A stretch of DNA of 64,000 nt. Source: a virus. Positions 8,269 through 16,584 of the stretch are shown here, in pieces; position 1 is the stretch's first letter; the number at the start of each line of letters is the position of its first letter. Below the pieces are notes generated by a model that saw nothing but the letters and a program-made list of their open reading frames with translations, ran no database searches and was not told the DNA's origin. A program made the position numbers and the translations under genes. The stretch covers positions 26,421-90,420 of IMG/VR virus record IMGVR_UViG_3300008110_000166. One strand, written 5' to 3'.

Positions 8269-8483
8269 GTGGCAGGGAAGCCTGTCGCCTCGGCTCTCAG
8301 ACAGTTGGAGAAACGAGACATACCAGCAAGCCTCTCTAACGCTAAGGCTCTGTCGGGATGGTGTACTAGTCACCTAGCCCGTCATCCGTCCGCCTCTTAC
8401 GAAGCAACCGCTACAGGTAGTCTCGCCAACGGGCAAGGCCAGCCCAGTCTGGGAGTTGGGGCGAGAGGTTTCTCTGTTTTTTT
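8269..8483 (+). ncRNA. candidate ~210-nt structured small RNA
   Basis: Own promoter, consecutive stem-loops, ends in a T7 tract; the overlapping 85-aa ORF has no recognisable features. Confidence 0.45.
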
Positions 8484-8693
8484 ATTTCGCGAGCCCCGGC
8501 TACCCGAGACGCATTGCGCCGAGTGACTGGTTTGTTTCACCCAGTGAGTTCTTGGTAGGGGTGGAGACATCAAGTTGGATACGTTGGAGTATCACTTCGA
8601 GTTCATCCAGTTTCTTATTCATTGCGGTTACTTTGTTGAGAATATCCACGATGTGCTGTTCCATTCCATAGACCCTAGCAGTATTATCTACCC

Positions 8694-10613
8694 GTGCGCC
8701 TATTTCTTGACCACGACTTACTGGCACTGGACTTCCCCTATGACGCCGACCAAGTTGCTGAAATCAAGGCAGTACCCGGGGCTAAGTGGGACAAGGTGGA
8801 CAAGTTATGGAAAGTGCCTATTAGTTCCATAGATGAAGCCCGTGGTTTCGCACAGAAACATAAGTTTCAGATATCTGATGAAGTTCTGCGGTTTACTATC
8901 CCGGGAAGGAAAGCAAAGCGTGGGGCATATCTCAAAGGTGACTGGGTATTCATACAAATCCCGTATGACAAAGTAGTAATCAACGCCGTGAAGCGGATAC
9001 CAGGGATAACTTGGGATAAAGGTGAAGTGGCGTGGAGAGCACCCGTAACCTCGGCACAAGACACTATTGACTGGGCTAACTCATTCGCCGTATCAGTAGA
9101 TGAGACAGTATTCCGTGTGGCAGATGAGACAAAGGCAAAGTTAGAGCGATTACAACAAGCCTCACGCTCAACAGACGCAGAGATAGAAGTGCCGGGATTA
9201 CAAGGAACGCTATTGCCTTATCAAAGAGCAGGCGTGGAGTACGCCACCCGTGCGAAGCGAACGTTCATAGCAGACGAGATGGGTTTGGGAAAAACATTAC
9301 AAGCGATAGCAACACTGGAGTATTCCTCGCAGACAGATGAGGTGTATCCAGCAGTAGTCGTATGCCCACCAACTCTCGCACTCAACTGGAAAGCAGAGTG
9401 GAACAGATGGTTGCCTCACAGACGAGTTTCCGTTGTAAGTAATCGCAAAGAGTTTCCTGAAAGTGGAACTTATGATGTCGTGGTAGTCGGTTACTCAAAC
9501 ATTCAGCATTGGGAAAAGCAACTAACTGGGCATAACTCATACGTATTTGATGAAAGTCATTACACAAAGACACCAACGGCGCAACGAACTAAGTCGGCTA
9601 TAAAGATGGCAAAGAGCGCACCCAAACACGGCATTGTGTTGTGTCTTACTGGAACACCCGTAACCAACAGACCAGCAGAGTACGCAAGTCAGTTAGACAT
9701 AATCGGAAAACTCAAAGAGTTTGGTGGCTTGTGGGGTTTCTATCGGCGTTACTGTAACGCATTCCAAGACAGGTTTGGTCAGTGGAATATCAGTGGAAAC
9801 TCACACCTTGACGAACTCAATGACAGACTTCGTGGTACTTGCTACATACGCCGTACCAAGTCACAAGTGCTATCCGAACTGCCACCCGTAGTACATAACC
9901 CAGTTCTCGTGGAAGGAACAGAGGCGGGGCTCAAGGAGTACGTGAAGGCAGAGCGAGACATCATCAAGTACATAACGGACAGAGCCCGTGAAATCGCATT
10001 GGAACTCGGAGAAAGCCCGTACTCGGCAGCGGTGGTGGCAAGAATAAAGGCAGAAAGCAACGAACACCTAGTCCGACTATCCGTTCTTAGACGACTATCA
10101 GCGAAAGCGAAAATGCCGTTGGTAGAGGAGTGGGTAAACGAGCGCATAAATGACGGGAAAAAGGTGGTTATCGCTGCGCACCACAGAGACGTTGTAGATG
10201 AACTCGCAAGAAAGTTCGGAAATCTACGGATACAAGGCGATATGAAAGTCACCGACATTGAGGAACAAAAGCATAAGTTTCAGACGCTACCCGTAGAGGA
10301 AGCACCCGTAATCGTTCTAAGTATTCAGGCAGCCAAGACTGGACACACGCTTACCGCAGCGCAAGACATTGTATTTGTGGAGTTACCGTGGACACCCGCA
10401 GACCTTGACCAAACTTATTCACGACTTCACCGCATTGGACAGCAAGGAAGCGTGACGGCGACTTATCTACTGATGGAAGGAACCATTGACGAGGAAATCT
10501 ATTCGCTTATTGAGAGAAAGCGGAAGGTTGTCAATGCGTCAGTAGAAGGTGGAGAGTTCGTTCAGTCGTCAGCGTCGCAGTTGGTACTGAACTTCATAGA
10601 CCGACACCGCTAA
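8694..10613 (+). CDS. SNF2-family helicase with tandem N-terminal HARP-like domains (SMARCAL1-like)
   Basis: ADEMGLGKT (motif I), DESH, LTGTP, QTYSRLHRIGQ; two repeats of IKxxPGxxWDxxxxxWxxP. Confidence 0.9.
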   Translation: MRLFLDHDLLALDFPYDADQVAEIKAVPGAKWDKVDKLWKVPISSIDEARGFAQKHKFQISDEVLRFTIPGRKAKRGAYLKGDWVFIQIPYDKVVINAVKRIPGITWDKGEVAWRAPVTSAQDTIDWANSFAVSVDETVFRVADETKAKLERLQQASRSTDAEIEVPGLQGTLLPYQRAGVEYATRAKRTFIADEMGLGKTLQAIATLEYSSQTDEVYPAVVVCPPTLALNWKAEWNRWLPHRRVSVVSNRKEFPESGTYDVVVVGYSNIQHWEKQLTGHNSYVFDESHYTKTPTAQRTKSAIKMAKSAPKHGIVLCLTGTPVTNRPAEYASQLDIIGKLKEFGGLWGFYRRYCNAFQDRFGQWNISGNSHLDELNDRLRGTCYIRRTKSQVLSELPPVVHNPVLVEGTEAGLKEYVKAERDIIKYITDRAREIALELGESPYSAAVVARIKAESNEHLVRLSVLRRLSAKAKMPLVEEWVNERINDGKKVVIAAHHRDVVDELARKFGNLRIQGDMKVTDIEEQKHKFQTLPVEEAPVIVLSIQAAKTGHTLTAAQDIVFVELPWTPADLDQTYSRLHRIGQQGSVTATYLLMEGTIDEEIYSLIERKRKVVNASVEGGEFVQSSASQLVLNFIDRHR

Positions 10614-10718
10614 CTGCCAGCTCGAGCCCCGCTCGCCCTCGCAGTTAGTTTCTGTCCTGCGTGCTTATTAGGCTTACGTTGCCGTAAGGCAAACGAGCCC
10701 AAGGAAGGGGGTGAACAA

Positions 10719-10940
10719 GTGAAAAGAGAAATCGTGTGGCGTCTCACCGAAACGCAGAAGCAACTCATTCTGCGTGCGGTACTCCACTGCCCTTGCGAAA
10801 TCGGCGAGGGCGCAACCGAGCACGAGGAACACCACGCTCTGCTTCGCAAGAGCGAGGAAGAACTCGCAAAACTCGGGTGGGGTGGCGAGGGGTTGTGGCA
10901 TTTTCTCAACCACAACACCAAGCGCCTCGCAAGGCGTTAG
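10719..10940 (+). CDS. hypothetical protein
   Basis: GAAGGGGGTG RBS identical in style to the early genes. Confidence 0.6.
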   Translation: MKREIVWRLTETQKQLILRAVLHCPCEIGEGATEHEEHHALLRKSEEELAKLGWGGEGLWHFLNHNTKRLARR

Positions 10941-10995
10941 TGCGTAGGGGCAGGGGCAGGCAACCCTTGTCCCTCGCTCGCCCGTGTGCCGGGGC

Positions 10996-11427
10996 TTACT
11001 TGGCCTTGGGCTCGGGGGCTACACCCATAATCTCATCTGATATGAGTTTGGTGTACTTCTTGCGCAGACGCCATATTTTTTGGTTCATTTCTGCCATTGC
11101 GTCTGTCTCACGGGCTTTGCGTATTGCTTCTTTGTCGTAAACGCCAAACTTCTTGAACAATATGTCATCAATGTCATTGTTCTCAAGGATTATGTCGGTA
11201 ATCCAACCAGCCTGCTTGTCAATGCTCATCAAAAGTTCGCACATACCTTCGTAGCCAAACTCGGTGAATACTCGGTTCACCAAAAGTGAACAAAAGTGAG
11301 AGCGATACAGTACTTCTGCGTCAGCGCTCTTGTTCATAAACTCGCTCAACCAAACGGCAAGTTCTTCACGGGTCGGCTCACCATCAAACGAACTGTCGTC
11401 AGGGTCAAAATCAGGTTCATTATCCAT
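10996..11427 (-). CDS. hypothetical protein
   Basis: 143-aa ORF. Confidence 0.7.
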   Translation of the reverse strand: MDNEPDFDPDDSSFDGEPTREELAVWLSEFMNKSADAEVLYRSHFCSLLVNRVFTEFGYEGMCELLMSIDKQAGWITDIILENNDIDDILFKKFGVYDKEAIRKARETDAMAEMNQKIWRLRKKYTKLISDEIMGVAPEPKAK

Positions 11428-11482
11428 TTAGCCAGCCTTACTCGCCGCGGGGCTTACAGCTCAATGGTATCGCTAATACTTG

Positions 11483-12508
11483 TCAAGCCAGTGACAGGAT
11501 TATCTCTTGCGCTGTGATTTTCTTTTGTGTCACCCACGAGTTGTTGCTCATTGACGCGAGTGCTTTTTCGTCTGCTTTTGCGTCTCGGTAGTGGTCAAGG
11601 TACTCAACTATTGCGTTGTAAGCACTCCACCCGTTGTACCCGTAGCCACCTGCGTTCTTTTCATTGTCATACACACCACGAACGAGTGCGACAACTCCGT
11701 CACGATTTCGTTTCTGTCTTTCGGTATCTGTTGCTTTCGCTGGGAATACTCCGTCAAGTATCTTCGTGAGTTGTGTGCTTGCCTGCGGAACGCTAATCGT
11801 CAATAGTTTCTCGGCGGTCTTTTGGAACTGTGTAGCCCACGCTGTTGAGATTTCTAATACTTTTTGTGCTTCCTCAATGGCGTGTTCAGCGTTACGAGTA
11901 TGTCGTGCTGTGAACACCCGTGGTGCTTGTCCGATACCTGCGATTACCGTGTTCTTACACACCGCACGAATAGAAGTGTTAGCGAACGTAATCGGGGTCT
12001 TTCCGTCGTGTCCGTTACGAACGAGTAAGTAGCGTTCTATTTTGTCGTTTATTCCCGTCGGGTCAATGACTAGCCCACCCAAGTCAAGCGAACTAAAGAA
12101 CTCACGCCCACCGTCTAGCACTCCGCAAGTGTCCACTACTGCGTCACCCTTGCTTGCGCCGACAATGGCGAGTGCGTAGTCCAAGCACTCACGGTTCTGC
12201 TGTACGACATAGCGTGTGCCGACTGTTGCTAGTCCATCAAACGAGCCATCAGGGTTCACCCGTACCGTTGCCCGACTATCCTCAATGACTATTGACGAGC
12301 CATCAGGGTTCGTAATCAGGTTTCCTTCCGTGTCCACGACTGCGACTTTCGTGGTGACGACATCATAATCAGCCTGTGCCGTTGCCAACATTTCCTCGGC
12401 TGTCTGTAGTCCCTTCATAGCCACGCCAAGTCTGTGCCACGGGATTTCTCTCTCGGCATACGCCATTTTCGCTACACCCTTAGCGTCTATCTCTAGCCCG
12501 TGTGCCAT
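11483..12508 (-). CDS. DUF932 family phage/plasmid protein
   Basis: MAH...PWHRLG...YVVQQN...YLLVRNGHDG...IRAVCKNT...RHT...WSAYNAIVEYLDH. Confidence 0.9.
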   Translation of the reverse strand: MAHGLEIDAKGVAKMAYAEREIPWHRLGVAMKGLQTAEEMLATAQADYDVVTTKVAVVDTEGNLITNPDGSSIVIEDSRATVRVNPDGSFDGLATVGTRYVVQQNRECLDYALAIVGASKGDAVVDTCGVLDGGREFFSSLDLGGLVIDPTGINDKIERYLLVRNGHDGKTPITFANTSIRAVCKNTVIAGIGQAPRVFTARHTRNAEHAIEEAQKVLEISTAWATQFQKTAEKLLTISVPQASTQLTKILDGVFPAKATDTERQKRNRDGVVALVRGVYDNEKNAGGYGYNGWSAYNAIVEYLDHYRDAKADEKALASMSNNSWVTQKKITAQEIILSLA

Positions 12509-12739
12509 TTCGTGTGTCTTTCTCTATGTCTCAGTTAGATTTATCTGAAACATACCACACGCTTACTGCGTTACAGGGTAGGTGTAGCCCCGGCTTCTAC
12601 CGTCTGAACTCCGCCCACGGGTCACGCCCTGCGTTCACTTCCTCTTGTTCCCAGTCAAGTAGGTCGTTCGCCCACTTCTCGCACTCGTCGCAAGCGCACT
12701 TGGGTTCGTGCCATTTGGGTTGCTGTGGTCGTGGTCGCA

Positions 12740-12994
12740 TTACTCGTCGTCCTCGTCGTCGTCGTACATTCCGAACAACTCTGTCCAACACTTCGGGTGA
12801 GTTCCTGAGATAAGTTGCTCTCGCAAGTCTGCCGAGAGAAACGGGAATGCGTCTTGTATGTACGCACCTGCGTTACGCAACTCAATACCGCGCAAGCCTT
12901 CCTCGCGTGGCATAGTGAGTTCTCCAAACTCGCCACAGTGGTAGCAACGCTTCGTCTCAATGGTGATGGTGTCGGTGGTGGTGTTCATAATCAT
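12740..12994 (-). CDS. small Zn-binding phage protein
   Basis: CYHC...IQDAFPFLSADLREQLISGTHPKCW. Confidence 0.75.
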   Translation of the reverse strand: MIMNTTTDTITIETKRCYHCGEFGELTMPREEGLRGIELRNAGAYIQDAFPFLSADLREQLISGTHPKCWTELFGMYDDDEDDE

Positions 12995-13009
12995 CTCCCT
13001 TCGTATCCA

Positions 13010-13038
13010 ATAGTAGTGACAACACAGGACAGATACTA
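13010..13038 (-). promoter_or_regulatory. early promoter family copy
   Basis: TAGTAT-ctgtcctgtgttgtcac-TACTAT. Confidence 0.75.
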
Positions 13039-13043
13039 AGCGA

Positions 13044-13295
13044 TTACTCGCCTAGCACTATCCTCTGTGTCGGGTGAATGAGTGTGCCGTACTTCTTGAC
13101 CATCTCGTAGTCGGCTTGCTGTAAGTTGCCACGACAATACTTACGAACGATACCGCTGATGGTGTCGCCATACTCAACCTTGTGCGATACCTTCTCACAG
13201 GTGTATGGTGCGTGTATTGACTGCCACGCTGAATAGGTAACTGTGGCGAATGCGACTACTGCGATTACTACTTGGGCTATCTGCTTTGTTCTCAT
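13044..13295 (-). CDS. membrane-anchored LysM-domain protein
   Basis: TM helix then HKVEYGDTISGIV...LIHPTQRIVL; leaderless behind TTGACT-N17-TACCGT. Confidence 0.75.
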   Translation of the reverse strand: MRTKQIAQVVIAVVAFATVTYSAWQSIHAPYTCEKVSHKVEYGDTISGIVRKYCRGNLQQADYEMVKKYGTLIHPTQRIVLGE

Positions 13296-13539
13296 ATCAT
13301 CTACGGTAGGGAATACTGAAACACAAGTCAAGGATTTGTGAGCCTTATGGGATAAGGGTTATACCCGTAGCACTACCCGTAGGCACTTGCGACACTCCAC
13401 CTATAAGCGCACTGTGTCGGTTGCTATGTCGGTGCGTAGTGCGCCTGCCTTGTGTGCCGGGGCTTCGAGCTGGCCTACAGTTTGTCTTTGACTAGGTAAG
13501 TGAATGCGAGCAACATTGCGCTCAATATGACCAACTGGT

Positions 13540-14319
13540 TCACTTCTTGACTGTCGCCTTCTTGCTCTTGACGACTGGCTTCTTGCTCTTGACGACTGGC
13601 TTCTTGACGAATGGCTTGCGGGTCGTCGTTACTGATGGGGTGAATACAGTGCTCTCAACTCCTGCTACTGCGCTAGCAACTAGCGGTGTCGTAGTCGTTG
13701 TCGTAGTCGGTGTCGGTGCTTCGTATGCCACTGGCGTCGGCTCATCTACTGGTTCGCTCGCTGGTTCGTTCATTGGTGCTGGTGCTTGCGTCGTCGTCGT
13801 CACTGCGACAGTGGTGGTCGTAATCACTGCGACAGTCGTCGTCGTGGTCGGTGTGACAGTGGTGGTCGTCGGTGCTACTCCATCTATTGTGCCGTCACAC
13901 GATACGGCACAGTCTCCGTTCGTCACGACTGGGGTGGTGCTTGCGCCTATCAACTGATACACGACACTACGTGCGAGTGCGACATCTATTCCACTTCGCC
14001 ACAGTGCGAGTGTAAAGTTCGGGCGATAACCATTGCCACCTGAACCATTACCAATACCTACGCCGACATACTCACACACGCCGAACCAACCGTGCGCCTG
14101 TGCTATCGCCTTGCCTAGTGCGGTGTGTCCACCATTGGAATAAGTCACTAGGCGTTCGTATGCTGTCGTGCCTACCTCGGTGTCAATGATGGTGAACACT
14201 GTAGGCACTGCTGATGATGGTGCTTGCGTCGGCTCTAGGCATTCATCTGCTCTCGCTTCACTGACTGGGGTGAACGACAGTGCGACTGCGACTGCGAGTG
14301 TGGTGGTTAGTAACTTCAC
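13540..14319 (-). CDS. secreted Thr/Pro-rich protein with Lys-rich C-terminal repeats
   Basis: Signal peptide ending ARA, poly-Thr tracts, (KPVVKSK)x2 tail; AAGGAG RBS. Confidence 0.75.
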   Translation of the reverse strand: MKLLTTTLAVAVALSFTPVSEARADECLEPTQAPSSAVPTVFTIIDTEVGTTAYERLVTYSNGGHTALGKAIAQAHGWFGVCEYVGVGIGNGSGGNGYRPNFTLALWRSGIDVALARSVVYQLIGASTTPVVTNGDCAVSCDGTIDGVAPTTTTVTPTTTTTVAVITTTTVAVTTTTQAPAPMNEPASEPVDEPTPVAYEAPTPTTTTTTTPLVASAVAGVESTVFTPSVTTTRKPFVKKPVVKSKKPVVKSKKATVKK

Positions 14320-14373
14320 TATGTCTCCTTGTAGTAGGGATACCCGTAGGCTACCCGTGGCACTTGCGACTTG

Positions 14374-14754
14374 CTACTTCGTGTTCTCGTCGTCGGCTTC
14401 TTGCCAACCTTGACCGTCGTCGGTTGCGACAAGGGTGGTGAGTGAACCGTCGTCGTTCGTGCGGAATATCCAACACCAACGGCAACACGGCTTATCACCT
14501 TTGCGACTTGGGTGCTGTCCTTTACCTAGTCGTTCACCTAGTCGGGGTAGGGCTGTGAGTAGGGTGACGATACAGTCGTGACACAACTTCCACGGGTGGT
14601 CTTCATCTTCGTCTGCGAGACTGTCACTGAAACCGCTGTAGTAACCAAACTGATTTGCGTCTAACAACCAACCGTCGTCTATCAGTTCGTTATGAATGTG
14701 CGCTTCATACGACTTCTCACAAGCGTCGCATACGACAATGTGACCATCTCTCAC
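14374..14754 (-). CDS. Cys-rich hypothetical protein
   Basis: CDAC...GYYSGFSD...LCHDC; GTG start overlapping the upstream stop. Confidence 0.65.
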   Translation of the reverse strand: MRDGHIVVCDACEKSYEAHIHNELIDDGWLLDANQFGYYSGFSDSLADEDEDHPWKLCHDCIVTLLTALPRLGERLGKGQHPSRKGDKPCCRWCWIFRTNDDGSLTTLVATDDGQGWQEADDENTK

Positions 14755-15146
14755 ACGACACCTGCGAATACTTGTGGTGTGAAACTGCCAACCAATGTCG
14801 GTGACTGCCAACCTTCTATGACTGTCTCAAGTGTGCGTCGCACCTGTCGTGCGTCTGCCTCTCTACCTTGTCGCACCATCTTGCCTGTCTTGGTGTTAGG
14901 TGCTGTCTCTGCGTCGGTGAGTAGGCACTGCTCAAGTTCGTATAGTGACAGGGTGAGTAGCAACACCTCGTCGCTAGTCAAGTATGCGCCTTTCGTCTTG
15001 ACCTTACGAAACAACTTCACGACACGCTCTGACGCTGATGGGTCGGTGTCTGCGAGGTCGTCTGTGTATCGGTAGTCAAGTGTGCCTAGTACCTCAAGTG
15101 CTTCACGCTCTGCGTCGGTGAGTAGGTAGTGAGTAAGTGTCTCCAT
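14751..15146 (-). CDS. hypothetical protein, first gene of the early region (leaderless)
   Basis: ATG 7 nt after the -10 box of promoter 15154-15182; internal LLTDAE repeat. Confidence 0.7.
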   Translation of the reverse strand: METLTHYLLTDAEREALEVLGTLDYRYTDDLADTDPSASERVVKLFRKVKTKGAYLTSDEVLLLTLSLYELEQCLLTDAETAPNTKTGKMVRQGREADARQVRRTLETVIEGWQSPTLVGSFTPQVFAGVV

Positions 15147-15153
15147 ACCTCAC

Positions 15154-15182
15154 AGGATAGTCACGACACTGGACAGATACCA
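15154..15182 (-). promoter_or_regulatory. early promoter family copy
   Basis: TGGTAT-ctgtccagtgtcgtgac-TATCCT. Confidence 0.75.
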
Positions 15183-15185
15183 AAC

Positions 15186-15238
15186 GGGTATCGGGTGGGG
15201 TATAGGGTATGGGGAATGGGGTATGGGGTGTGGGGTAT
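15186..15238 (+). repeat. G-tract array (potential G-quadruplex)
   Basis: Eight G3-G4 runs separated by 1-4 nt. Confidence 0.7.
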
Positions 15239-15418
15239 GTACCTACTACCCGTGTGTCACCCGTAGCGTGTGCGCCACTCCTCTTAGGGCGAGTTGGTCT
15301 GCGACTGCTCACGGCTTCCCTCTCTCTCCTACCAACCTTCCACGCCTCTCCCTAGTCACTAGCCCTCTGCGTGTAGGGATACTTGCTCTGCCCTTGCCTA
15401 GCGACTACCTTAGACACT

Positions 15419-15613
15419 ATGACTAAGCAACACGCTGATAGCACCTCACTTATCGGACTAACCATTGTCGTCTCACCTACTGATGACAGACACGGTGGTC
15501 GTGTGGGTGTAGTCGTTGCCTCACCTCTGCCTGACTATGCGACAGTCAAGTTCGCTGACGGTGGTGACACTGCGACGCTTCACACGAAACTGCTAGCGAC
15601 GACACGACACTGA
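15419..15613 (+). CDS. small beta-barrel (KOW/SH3-like) protein, leaderless
   Basis: TTGCTC-N17-TACCTT-7nt-ATG; HGGRVGVVV...ATVKFADG. Confidence 0.5.
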   Translation: MTKQHADSTSLIGLTIVVSPTDDRHGGRVGVVVASPLPDYATVKFADGGDTATLHTKLLATTRH

Positions 15614-15927
15614 CGCTTCGTGCTTCGTCTGCGTTGCGACGACACACTCACACGCTTGGTGCGAACCCACGAACCCACAAACCCATCTTGCGACTTCGTG
15701 TGCTGACTACACGACACGAATGATGATGGCGTAGCACACACTGCTACACGACGACAGTGCGTGTGTACGACGACAGTGTGACAATGTAGGTACACACTTC
15801 GTGTGTTGCGAATATGGTACACGACTTCGGGTGTCCACAGGGGTCTGCGGGGCTGCGTACATGCACTCGTAGGGGGTGTGGGGGCACCAATGCGCCAAAT
15901 TTTATGACGCAGAGTTTTTATTGTAAT

Positions 15928-16554
15928 TTATCTAAACCGGCTCTTGAGAACTCGCTTGCCGCGTAGGTCGTATTCTGCTCGGTCTTCGATGACGGTCACC
16001 AGCTCGGGCACTCGTTTGTAGTTTCCGGTTACATCAAGGTGCATGATGCATGTTTCTAGTTCTCGTCGTATGTCTGAATCGGTGTGGTAGTTGGCAATAG
16101 TGACATGTATTCGATTCAGGTCGATAGTTAGCATCGGTGAAGAGTTGTCGTATTCGTAGTGTGTTTTGAGTTTCTCGCTCAGTTCTTCCCAGCTATTTGG
16201 TGCAAGCAATCTTCTCATTGGCTGATTTGTATCAATTGCTACATAACCGTACGGATGCACAAGTATGTCACTGACTGTTTTAGCGCTTTCTCGTATTTTT
16301 TGCGTCCCAAAGCCTGCGTCTTGCAAGATACTCAGCAGCTCTGCCAGAAATGTACCTAAATAGGTGAATTGGCGATGATGTGCCGATTTGCCAGTGTGTA
16401 TGTAGGTGGCAGGGATGAATCCTTCTTTTATCCAGCCATCGATTGTCTTGTATGGCTTGTCGATATAGGCAGCTAACTCTTGCAGTGACAGTGGTTCTTT
16501 TTGTTCTGTCTTTTGCGCTAGTTCGATAGTGAGTTCTGTGCTATATAGCGTCAT
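15928..16554 (-). CDS. MerR-like HTH DNA-binding protein
   Basis: LSLQELAAYIDKPYKTIDGWIKEGFIP...HRQFT...LQDAGFGTQKIR. Confidence 0.7.
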   Translation of the reverse strand: MTLYSTELTIELAQKTEQKEPLSLQELAAYIDKPYKTIDGWIKEGFIPATYIHTGKSAHHRQFTYLGTFLAELLSILQDAGFGTQKIRESAKTVSDILVHPYGYVAIDTNQPMRRLLAPNSWEELSEKLKTHYEYDNSSPMLTIDLNRIHVTIANYHTDSDIRRELETCIMHLDVTGNYKRVPELVTVIEDRAEYDLRGKRVLKSRFR

Positions 16555-16584
16555 AGGGATACATATTATATGCGTGGAAGCATA

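Larger units (their letters stand above)
13362..15281. repeat. second intergenic repeat family, three copies (13362-13393, 14341-14370, 15247-15281)
   Basis: TACCCGTAG..CTACCCGT(A)GGCACTTGCGAC; the third copy is more diverged. Confidence 0.65.

Noticed and set aside
8500-8727. 75-aa minus-strand ORF overlapping the helicase start
   Set aside because: It overlaps the helicase promoter and start and has no clear RBS; a shorter version from MEQHIV cannot be excluded
13547-13957. Val-rich plus-strand ORF resembling a membrane protein
   Set aside because: Antisense shadow of the Thr-rich gene on the minus strand
152-15182. Repeated ~17-bp motif as a CRISPR array or integron attC series
   Set aside because: Spacing is irregular (hundreds to thousands of bp), the intervening DNA is protein-coding, each copy has promoter geometry, and I saw no cas or integrase gene or attC-type ends
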